From Macrostomum lignano (taxonomy: Eukaryota): DNA of 64,000 nt. A program made the position numbers and the translations under genes. The notes under the pieces were generated by a model that saw nothing but the letters and a program-made list of their open reading frames with translations, had not been told where the DNA came from and ran no database searches. The stretch covers positions 431,178 through 495,177 of the forward strand of contig NIVC01000297.1 in NCBI GenBank assembly GCA_002269645.1. The letters are read 5' to 3'. Positions 37,611 to 53,039 of the stretch are shown one piece after another; positions within the stretch are counted from its first letter, which is position 1; each line of letters opens with the position of its first letter.

Positions 37611-38900
37611 TACCAATGCTATTATCCATCCACCCTTAAATTTTGTCTTTTAACGTAGAGTTTGGTTACTACTAACTCGTAGAATCCACGAACAGAAATG
37701 ACTCTTGTATAAAGACAAGCACCGGCAGACAAAAATCAAAGCATTATTGACCAGAATCTGTTCATAGGAAACAGATAGTGAAAAAACTTAATGAAACACA
37801 CAAAAATTCAGGCATGCTTGTATAAGAGAGCATAATATAGGGATAAACAAAAATAAGTACAATATGATCTGACAACAAACAAGTGTCTGACCTAATATTA
37901 TATCATAATATTAAAACAATAACCATACCGTGTTTTATCGTACAAAATAATTGCTAAAGAAAGTGTTCCCTCTATCCATCTAATTAAACTAAATGTAGTA
38001 AGTGCAAAATTAAACTCCGAGTATTAAATTTTCAAATTAAGACAAAAAACCCTATCCAGCTACTACCAGTAGATAGTAAAGAAAATTTGCAGAAAAATTA
38101 GACGAAGACAAGTAAAAAAAATAAGTAAATATTATTGCCAAAAAATCTGGGATACAGGATTTGAAGCAACAGCTATACTCAGAGGAAGATTCAACTCCCC
38201 AAAATATCGGCCCTACCCGACTTCGGGTGACCGGAGCTGCCAATTGATCTTAATCGACGTGCGCCTGAAATATTGATTGAATTTATTGTTTTTAAAAAAT
38301 TATTATACTTCTCCTTTTTGACGTTTCACGATATCCTGGAAAGTTGCATGCCTTTCTAAACTACTTAACACGCAGAAAAACACGCAAACTATAAAAGAAC
38401 GATGCAAGGAATGTACAACAGATTGATGGAATGAAATAATAATAATTTAAACTAATTTTGCATAAATAAATAAGATAAACACGCACACAGCTAGCACAAT
38501 ATCTATAATAAATTCATAATTCATAAATTACACGTAGGCACACTGCGCTACCAACAATAGATGCAGGAGGGAGATAAAAAACCACAAGCAGGATATTAGT
38601 AGTATGATGCACACCGAGGAAGAGGGGTCCAGTTTCTTTTGTATTTGTGACTTTATTTTCTAGTTGACGATGTTAACAAAGCGTTTTTTTGTTGTTGTTT
38701 TATTGATTCTACAATTACGACTCCCTAGTCACCTGAGCAATGCTTACAATAGTCGCAATTTACCAGGTAAAACAGTCAATTAGTTAATTCTGCATAAAAA
38801 TTCTCGTTTTAACGTTAGAATAAAATGGCGAAAAAATCGCATTTTTTTACTCATCAGCGCCAATTGAGTAGTGTAAAACGCGTTTTATTCTAAAACTTAC

Positions 38901-39084
38901 CGCCATCATCGTCGGACTCGGACATGTGATGATCGGCAATGGTGTCCGGCTTACTAATTTCGATGGTCTCCTCTAGGATGATCTCTTCTTCCCAGTTCTC
39001 AATAATAGTAGTCACCTGACGTAGCACTTCAAATATGTTGATGTAGTTCTGCTTCTTGGCGATGTGAGCCGGGGTCCAGTTGCG
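38901..39084 (-). CDS. ank: Ankyrin exon, last ANK repeat and start of linker (RNWTPAHIAKKQNYINIFEVL...SDDDG)
   Basis: ttttag|CGC ... G|gtaagt, phase 0-1; absent from the ORF track. Confidence 0.92.
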
Positions 39085-39164
39085 CTAAAAATGCATTAAT
39101 AAGAGGTTAGCACGTAAATATTTGCTTTTTCGACGGAATTATGCGATATTCTGCTCCCTCTGAT

Positions 39165-39605
39165 TTGACACCCTGAAAAAGTGACTCAGGTGTAATTTGA
39201 CCCCCTGAAAAAGTGACTCAGGTGTAATTTGACCCCCTGAAAAAGTGACTCAGGTGTAATTTGACCCCCTGAAAAAGTGACTCAGGTGTAATTTGACCCC
39301 CTGAAAAAGTGACTCAGGTGTAATTTGACCCCCTGAAAAAGTGACTCAGGTGTAATTTGACCCCCTGAAAAAGTGACTCAGGTGTAATTTGACCCCCACA
39401 TCTGAAAAACCGTCTCAGGTGTCATTTGACCCCCCCCACTCTGAAGAACCGACTCAGGTGTTATTTGACCCCCTCACTTTGAAAAACCGACTCAGGTGTC
39501 ATTTGACCCCCCCCACTCTGAAAAACCGACTCAGGTGTCATTTGACCCCCCCACTCTGAAAAACCGACTCAGGTGTCATTTGACCCCCTACCGAAAAAGT
39601 GACTT
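39165..39605. repeat. 32-bp minisatellite (tgaccccctgaaaaagtgactcaggtgtaatt)
   Basis: Period 32 (39243/39275). Confidence 0.92.
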
Positions 39606-40034
39606 AGGAATCAACTTGCACTTTTTACACTTTGGAATCAAATTAAAAAAATTCGAAAATTCTTTAACTGAATTAATTAGGTTATAAGTCGTACGAGACT
39701 GATTATGAGAGCCTAAAACAAGAAAGAGCTGCGTCTCAGAATTTATAAAATTATTGAAACGATATGGAAAATTGAGCGCAGTCAGAAAACGAGGTTAAGT
39801 CCGGTGTTGCTCCAATTTGAAGATAATCGCATTCCGGCAAAGCTGGGGATTATGGCTTCGGAGTTTTTTGGCCAAAAACAACACATTTAATAATGAACTG
39901 AGCCCTTAAAGAAACATATTTTGACACATTTTTTAATAAATCAGATAGGATTCAGGCTCATACACTTCATCAAGTTGTCTCTAAAGGGATCCTAGCTGCA
40001 TGTACTAAAGGAGGGCGCGTAGCGCCACATTCTC

Positions 40035-40990
40035 TTCTCCCACTCTCCTCCCTCTGATCCTCTCTCCTCTCCCTCTGACCCTCTCTCCTCACCCTCTGAC
40101 CCTCTCTCCTCTCCCTCTGACCCTCTCTCCTCTCCCTCTGACTCTCTCCCCTCTCCCTCTGACCCTCTCTCCTCTCCCTCTGACCCTCTCTCCTCTCCCT
40201 CTGACTCTCTCCCCTCTCCCTCTGACCCTCTCCCCTCTTCCTCTGACCCTCTCCCCTCTCCCTCTGACCCTCTCTCCTCTCCCTCTGACCCTCTCCCCTC
40301 TCCCTCTGACCCTCTCCCCTCTCCCTCTGACCCTCTCCCCTCTCCCTCTGACCCTCTCTCCTCTCCCTCTGACCCTCTCTCCTCTCCCTCTGACCCTCTC
40401 TCCTCTCCCTCTGACTCTCTCCCCTCTCCCTCTGACCCTCTCCCTCTGACCCTCTCCCCTCTCCCTCTGACCCTCTCTCCTCTCCCTCTGACCCTCTCCC
40501 CTCTCCCTCTGACCCTCTCCCCTCTCCCTCTGACCCTCTCTCCTCTCCCTCTGACCCTCTCCCCTCTCCCTCTGACCCTCTCCCCTCTCCCTCTGACCCT
40601 CTCTCCTCTCCCTCTGACTCTCTCCCCTCTCCCTCTGACCCTCTCCCCTCTCCCTCTGACCCTCTCTCCTCTCCCTCTGACCCTCTCTCCTCTCCCTCTG
40701 ACTCTCTCCCCTCTCCCTCTGACCCTCTCCCCTCTCCCTCTGACCCTCTCCCCTCTCGCTCTGACCCTCTCCCCTCTCCCTCTGACCCTCTCTCTTCTCC
40801 CTCCGACCCTCTCTCCTCTCCCACTGACCCTCTCTCCTCTCCCACTGACCCTCTCTCCTCTCCCACTGACCCTCTCTCCTCTCCCACTGACCTTCTCTCC
40901 TCTCCCACTGACCCTCTCTCCTCTCCCTCTCTGACCCTCTCTTCTCTCCCACTGACCCTCTCTCCTCTCCCTCTCTGACCTCTCCTCTCT
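40035..40990. repeat. 21-bp minisatellite, same family and orientation as 36730-37610
   Basis: Direct reading. Confidence 0.95.
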
Positions 40991-41679
40991 GCTCTCGATG
41001 TCGCCCAAGGCGTCACGCCAGAGTGTCTCAAAGCAGCTGTCCTGTGGTTATTACTATAATAAGAGCTCAGCAAAATGACTATAGAACTGCACCAAAAAAG
41101 CCTCCCACGAGAATAGCGGTAGCCAAGAGCAAACACGACAGGACACACAGCGACAGCGCAAGGTCAGAGGTGAATGCATCCATAATGACCCATATAAGCG
41201 GTAGCACATGGGGGTCGAGAGGAGGGTTAAGTCAGTCAGCCAGTTAATGACTTTCGCGTGTACATAACTGTAAGTGGAATGCAAGGAGAAAGAATTAGGT
41301 GACACACTGTTGGGAAAGGATACTAATAGAAGGCTAAAAAACAGACAAAAAACTACACTAGGAACTAGAAGAAAAGGAAGAAATCCGAGGAATTACAATT
41401 GAATAAGTGAATGCGGCTATGCGTAAGAAGACACAGTCTTAGCGTCCTAGATTGCCTACTGAGATAGCCGTTTGGTTGCACTGCAGACTTAAAAAAATAA
41501 CTTTTTGACCCTCTCACTCACTGGGCAACATCATGTGGCAAAGTATCGATTGCACTCATCTAAATAAAGACTAATATGGCTATATTACTAAGCTAAAGCA
41601 GAATGGTGAGATTTAGATAATACTGAGGGTAAGAGGGTTGAGACTGGCGGTGAGACAAAGATTAGTGTACATGTAAAAA

Positions 41680-42530
41680 GACTGAGAGACTAGGGGTGAG
41701 ACAATGATACGAGCGTACAACAAGGGTGAGACAATGAGAGACTAGGGGTGAGAGAATGCGAGACTATGGGTGAGACAATGAGAGACTAGGGGTGAGACAA
41801 TGAGAGACTAAGGGCGAGACAATGAGACACTAGGAGTGAGACAATGCGAGACTAGGTTTGAGACAATGAGAGACTAGGAGTGAGATAATGAGAGACTAGG
41901 GGTGAGACAATGCGAGACTAGGGTTGAGACAATGAGACACTAGGAGTGAGACAATGAGAGACTAGGGGTGAGACAATGAGAGACTAGGGGTGAGACAATG
42001 AGAGACTAAGGGTGAGACAATGAGAGACTAAGGGTGAGACAATGAGACACTAGGAGTGAGACAATGAGAGACTATGGGTGAGACGATGAGAGACTAAGGG
42101 TGAGACAATGAGAGACTAGGGGTGAGACAATGAGAGACTAAGGGCGAGACAATGAGAGACTAGGGGTGAGACAATGAGAGACTAAGGGTGAGACAATGAG
42201 AGACTAGGGGTGAGACAATGAGAGACTAAGGGTGAGACAATGAGAGACTAGGGGTGAGACAATGAGAGACTAAGGGTGAGACAATGACAGACTAGGGGTG
42301 AGACAATGAGAGACTAAGGGTGAGACAATGAGAGACTAGGGGTGAGACAATGAGAGACTAAGGGTGAGACAATGACAGACTAGGGGTGAGACAATGAGAG
42401 ACTAAGGGTGAGACAATGAGAGACTAGGGGTGAGACAATGAGAGACTAAGGGTGAGACAATAAGACACTAGGAGTGAGACAATGAGAGACTAGGGTTGAG
42501 ACAATGAGACACTAGGAGTGAGACAACAAA
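41680..42530. repeat. 22-bp minisatellite (tgagacaatgagagactagggg)
   Basis: Period 22 (41947/41969). Confidence 0.95.
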
Positions 42531-43224
42531 AAACTAGGGGGAGAGAAACAGACAGCCTAAAAAAGAGATGATAGAAAAGAAAAGTAAAAAGAATAGATAA
42601 ATATAAAAAATAGCTCCTACTTATTTACATGTGTGTGTACTAGCTAAAAAACGCATATAAATACAGGTACGTATACATAATTGGTGCTTTCTGGATAGTA
42701 TTTTTAGAGAGAGAGAGAACAGCTGCCGCAGACGTTTTCTTCGAAACAGCACAAAAAGGAGCAGAACAGAATATGGGAGGGAGGCCCAGCAGTGCGGGGA
42801 GGAGTGCGAGCGCTTTAATTACGAATCAGTCAGCCCTAGAAATAGCAAAGGTTTTTTTATCTACCTAAATCCCCTACCATCACAACGTGCATGCAACGCA
42901 AAGATACATGGATGATGCTTACATGCCCAATATCTAAGAGCTTTAAAAAAAGCGGAACTAAAACCATCCTATCTATCCCTCCAAAAATATCCCATAGAAA
43001 GGCAAGAAATCCCATTCTCGAAAATCTATATTTAAGTGTCTTTGAAGTGGCCTTTTAGGTAACAAAAATATGTACCAGTATAGATTACCGCAATGCAAAA
43101 AAAGTTTGAAACTGGGCCTCTCGCCTATTTTAGCTCGAAAATTTGTGATTTTATCAAAAAAGAAAGATTCCCCAGCAAGCTAATTGTTGACCTTGTGAAG
43201 TGTCGAGCTTATTAGAGATAATCT

Positions 43225-43590
43225 CAGTTTATGAGATACTCTGAGCTTATGAGACAATCTGAGCTTATGAGATACTCTCAGCTAAAGAGATACTCTCAGC
43301 TTATGAGATACTCTCAGCTAAAGAGATACTCTCAGCTTATGAGATACTCTCAGCTTATGAGATACTCTCAGCTTATGAGATACTCTGAGCTAATGAGATA
43401 CTCTGAGCTTATGAGATACTCTGAGCTTATGAGACAATCTGAGCTTATGAGATACTCTCAGCTAAAGAGATACTCTCAGCTTATGAGATACTCTCAGCTT
43501 TTGAGATACTCTCAGCTTACGAGATACTCTGAGCTTATGAGATACCCTGAGCTTATGAGATACTCTGAGCTTATGAGATACTCTGAGCTT
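43225..43590. repeat. 18-bp minisatellite (gagatactctgagcttat)
   Basis: Direct reading. Confidence 0.95.
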
Positions 43591-43712
43591 GAGAGAAGAA
43601 GTTCCACATGTTGAAACTACAAGAAGAAAAGCATTTGAAGCTTCAAGGTTGAGTCTAGCCCTACTAATCACGATCCCTCTACAGAGTCTTAGCAGGATGG
43701 CAGACAGCTCAC

Positions 43713-44459
43713 CGCGTTCCGCATGTTGGCATCGGCGCCAGCTTCGAGCAGCAGGTAGACAACCTGCAGATGGCCCTGCTGCGAGGCCACGTGTAGCGGA
43801 GTGAACTTCTGCTGCGTGAGCGCGTTAACCCCCGCACCGTGACGGAGTAGGAAGCGGATCATGTTGACCTGGTTGAAGAAGCAGGCGGTGTGCAGCGGAG
43901 TGTAGCCGGCCTTGGTCTGCGGATCGATCTGCCCGCCGTGCTGAACGACCAGAACCTCGGCGGAGGTGACCCGGTCCTCCTGAGCGGCCAGGTGCAACGG
44001 CGTGATGCCATTATGCGAGGCCTGATCAACGGCGGCGTTGCTGCTTAGCAATGCGGCGCACATCTCCGGATGGCCTTCCTGGGCGGCCAGGTGCAACGGT
44101 GCGAAGCCGCTCTTGGATTCGGCGCGAGTGTTGGCGCCGCCGGACATCAGCTGCCGCGCCAGATCCAGATGATTCTTACGAGCGGCGATGTGCAACGGCG
44201 TGTAGCCGTTGCTAGCCAAGCAATTGGCGTTGGCTTTGGCTTCTAGAAGAGCGGCAGCAATCGATGTGCGATTGTAATGAGCGGCCAGGTGCAATGGCGT
44301 CAGGCCGTTCCGGCCGCGAGCGTTGGGATCGGCGCCTCTGGCTAGCAACAGCTTAGCAACGCCGATTTTGTCATATTTGGCGGCGTTGTGCAACGGAGTG
44401 GCGCCTTTCTTAGTGGCCAACTGCAGGCTGGCCTTGTTGTCGAGCAGGACGGCTGCCAC
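43713..44459 (-). CDS. ank: Ankyrin exon, ANK repeats (VAAVLLDNKA...ANMRNA)
   Basis: ctcag|GTG ... GCG|gtgagc. Confidence 0.95.
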
Positions 44460-44964
44460 CTGAGGGTATTGGGAGGGGGGTTGTGCGCATGTACACTTAA
44501 CTTCAATCTGATTGGCTGGAGAGGGTAGGGAACTGTTAACAACCTCACTCCGCGGGGGCAAACGGCAACTTAAACCGAGGGACTCTGTGACATCCGCCAG
44601 CTTTTCGTTTTTCGAGGAGGCTCTTCCCCCTCCTTTTCGTTCTGGCCTGGCGTGGAAGCGGCTAGCTTCCTCGTCTTGGTCTGCTGGTGGGGGACGGATC
44701 CCCCCTGCTGCTTTTTTGCGGGGCAGGTGGCTGCTAAGTAGTTGGCTGCTGGCTAAGCGCCAACTACCCATCGACAGCCCTTAGTTGCAACTGGTACCAC
44801 ACGGGTTCTCGAGGGCCGCTCTTGTGGGGGAGGGCTCGGGCGTCGGCTGTCAACTCGACCTGGCGCCTGTGTCCCAAGCCCGCAGCCGGCCTCCCGCCCC
44901 CTGATCTTGCAGAGTGTGGACCGGGGGCCTGCCGGAGCCTCGCCTGGGAGCAATCCTGGGATAA

Positions 44965-49843
<4,879 letters not shown>

Positions 49844-50045
49844 TCCTTGTGCTCTTTTACCTTGGGGTTGCGATAGGGGCCTCGCGGCCTATTCGCGGCG
49901 CCTGCGCCCCCCGTCAGTAGTAAGTAAGTAAGTAACCTCACTCCGCGTTCTGATTGGCTAGAGAAGACAAACACAGTTCTCGACTCCGCCTCTGCTCTGT
50001 TTCACTTGGATAGCACCCAGAAAGGCCCTCCGAACATTAACTTAC

Positions 50046-50249
50046 ATCTTCGTGACCCTCCCTAGCAGCCACGTGCAGAGCTGTGTAATTATCTTTGCAG
50101 GTGGCGTCGGGATTGGCGCCGGCTTCGAGCAGCACGGTGGTCATCTCGGCGTTGCCCAGACGGCTGGCAATGTGCAACGGCGTTTGGTTGTCTTTGGCCC
50201 GCGCGTCCACCTGGGCGTTGCTGCGTAGGAGAGCCCGAACCACTTCAAC
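50046..50249 (-). CDS. ank: Ankyrin exon, ANK repeats (VEVVRALL...EGHED)
   Basis: cgcag|GTT ... GAT|gtaagt. Confidence 0.95.
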
Positions 50250-50309
50250 CTGCGGTTTGTATAAGTTGGTTTTCATTTGTGCTACGAAGTATGCTTGGAA
50301 AAATGATCT

Positions 50310-50545
50310 AAATGGCCCGAATGATCCCATAATGATACAATATGACCCCAATGATCCCACAATGATCTAAATGACCCGAATGATCCCACAATGATACAAT
50401 ATGATGCGAATGATCCCACAATGAAAAATGACCCGAATGATCCCATAATGATGCAATATGACCCGGATGATCCCACAATGATAAAATATGACCCCAATGA
50501 TCCCACAATGATGAAATATGACCCGAAGGATCCCACAATGATGAA
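50310..50545. repeat. About 30-bp minisatellite (tgatcccacaatgatacaatatgacccgaa)
   Basis: Period 29-30. Confidence 0.85.
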
Positions 50546-50580
50546 ATACCGAATCGAATCACCCTAAAAGCCCTACTAAC

Positions 50581-51222
50581 CTGGTTGCTCCTAACGGCCA
50601 GATGCAGAGGCGTCTCACTTCGCACAGTGGGGCTGTTAGGATTGGCTCCGTGTTGCATGAGCAGCACGGCCACGTTGGTGTGGCCCATAAAAGCGGCCAC
50701 GTGAAGCGGAGTCAAGCCAGACTCAGTCGTGGCCTCAATAGCGCAGCTGTACTGCAGCAGCAGTTCGATAACGCGAATTCGATTTTTCTTACAGGCGATG
50801 TGCAATGGAGTGAAACCGTTAAGAGCTCGGGCGTTGACCATGCAGCGGTGATCTAGCAGAAGCTTAGCAACCCTAGTGTAGCCGCAATGAGCCGCCACGT
50901 GCAACGGAGTCAGCAAGTCAATAGTAGTATCGTCAATATTAGTGCCGCGAACCAGTAGAAGCCTGGCACAGTCCACGTGATCGCCTTGGGTGGCCATGTG
51001 CAGGGCGCTCAGGCCGCTGCGCGATTTCATACCGAAGCTGGCGCCGCTGGTCAGCAGCTGGTCGACAACGGCGTACTGGCCCGACCGGGAGGCGCAGTGC
51101 AACGGCGTGAGGCCGTCGCGAGTTTTGCAATCGACTTCGGCATTGTTCTCGATTAGTTTTTGCACTACGGGCAGCATGCCCCATTTGGCGGCCACGTGCA
51201 GAGGGGTAATGTTGTTGCGGGC
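50581..51222 (-). CDS. ank: Ankyrin exon, ANK repeats (ARNNITPLHVAAKWG...RSNQ)
   Basis: ctcag|GCC ... CAG|gttagt. Confidence 0.95.
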
Positions 51223-51289
51223 CTGAGGATAAGGTGGTTGTTATTACTTAAAATTACTTTGAGGGTCGGGGAATGAGTCATCAGAAACC

Positions 51290-51770
51290 TACCCTTCCTC
51301 CGCTCGTGATTGGTTAGTGGAACTCTGACCATAGAATGAGTAATCAATTAAGCTATCCACCCCACTTCGCGGCTGATTGGTTAGTGCAACTTTAACTATA
51401 GAATGAGTCATCAATAAAGACATCCACCTCACTCCGCGACTAATTGGTTAGTGGAATTTTAACCATAGAAGGAGTCAGCAATAAAGACATCCACCCCACT
51501 CCGCTGCTAATTGGTTAGTGGAACTCTGACCATAGAATGAATCAGCAATAAAGATATCCACCCCACTCCGCTGCTAATTGGTTAGTGGAATTTTAAACTA
51601 CAGCATGAGTCATCAATAAAGACATCCACCCCACTCCGCGACTAATTGGCTAGTGGAACTCTAACCATAGAATGATTCATCAATAAAGACATCCACCTCA
51701 CTCCACGGCTAATTGGTTAGTGAAACTCTGACCATTGAACAAGCCATAAACGAAGACACCCACCTCACTC
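51290..51770. repeat. About 67-bp tandem repeat (catccacctcactccgcgactaattggttagtggaa...)
   Basis: Units at 51421, 51488, 51555 and 51623. Confidence 0.9.
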
Positions 51771-51782
51771 CTGCGCACTCAC

Positions 51783-52112
51783 CTGGAAGTTAACATCGGC
51801 GCCTTTCTCAATGAGCAGAGCAGCCACGCTCTGGCTGCCGTAGTGAGCGGCAATGTGGAGAGCGGTGAACCCGCTACCAGCCTGCTGATTTGGGTTGCAG
51901 TCGGAGGTCAGCAGCAGGGTAGCCGAGCGAACGTCGTCCTTCTTGGCGGCCACGTGTAGGGCAGGCATGCGAGAACGGCCGCGACTGTCGTTCTCTAGCA
52001 GGCAGGCGACCACTTTGTCGTGGCACTGCTGAAGAGCGACGGCTAGCGGAGTGAAGCCGTCCGTTGTGGCCAGAGTCTGCGAAGCGCCCGAGGCTAGGAG
52101 GAACTTCACGAC
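51783..52112 (-). CDS. ank: Ankyrin exon, ANK repeats ([10 protein letters not shown]...ADVNFQ)
   Basis: cttag|GTC ... CAG|gtgagt. Confidence 0.95.
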
Positions 52113-52324
52113 CTAAGGCGAAAGTAATAACAATTTTTTACGAATAGTTCGACTAACTTTCTGAGTAGCATCACTGGAGGCATTTTTTCAACTACTAAAC
52201 TACTATTAGACTATTCAACTATACTGAAATCAGTGCTACGATAATCGGGTCATGGAGTACTTAGACTACAAAAGAAAGGGCACATAGCAGAAATATTACG
52301 AAGGTTGGTCATATAGTGCCAAGA

Positions 52325-52590
52325 TTAGGAAGGTCATAGAGTGCCGAGGCAGGAAGGTCATAGATCTGATCGATAAGGAAGATCATAGAGGGCCGAGATC
52401 ACGAGGGTCATGGAGTGCCGAGATCAAGGTCATAGAGTGCCGAGATCAGGAGGGCCATAGGGCCATAGAGTGCCGAGATCAGGAGGGTCATAGAGTGCCG
52501 AGATCAGGAAGGCCATAGAGTGCCGAGATCAGGAGGGCCATAGAGTGCCGAGATCACGACGGTCATAGTGCCGAGATAAGGAGGGCCATA
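52325..52590. repeat. 25-bp minisatellite (catagagtgccgagatcaggagggt)
   Basis: Units at 52464, 52489 and 52514. Confidence 0.85.
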
Positions 52591-52686
52591 GAGATCCAAA
52601 ATCCTCAGTAAAATGTTACTAAGAAATTATTGTTATTATTAGGCTTTTTTAACCCCAATAGGATGTAAAAATGCAGACAAACTTAC

Positions 52687-52932
52687 ATCGAGGTGATTCT
52701 CCTGCGCGGCCATGTACAACGGCGTGAACCCGTTCTGCGACTGGCAATTCACTCGGGCTCCCTTCTCAACTAGAAGCTTCACAACGTCTAGTTGGCCAGC
52801 CAGAGAGGCAATGTGCAACGCCGTGTTGCCTTTCTTGGTGCTGGCGTCAGGATCAGCGTTGCGCATTAGAAGTTCGCGCACGACAGCGGTGTGGCCCTCC
52901 TTTGAGGCCAGATGAAGCGCGTTCAGGCCGTT
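52687..52932 (-). CDS. ank: Ankyrin exon, ANK repeats ([14 protein letters not shown]...ENHLD)
   Basis: tttag|AAC ... GAT|gtaagt. Confidence 0.95.
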
Positions 52933-53039
52933 CTAAATAGTTGGAGAGATGGTGAAGTAACATATCCATTTGATGCTCAAGCAGATAGTTCTCAAAACTG
53001 ATTAGGCTGAGATACCAAGCTTTCAGCTGATGCAGTTCT

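Noticed and set aside
36645-41148. ERREG/GEERGS ORFs as proteins
   Set aside because: All three frames are open because the repeat lacks stops; only the flanks are flagged as a finding.
44555-44800. HDV-like ribozyme at the LINE 5' end
   Set aside because: GGCTAAG and TTCCTCG fragments are present, but I could not assemble P1/P3 pairings; left as an open test.
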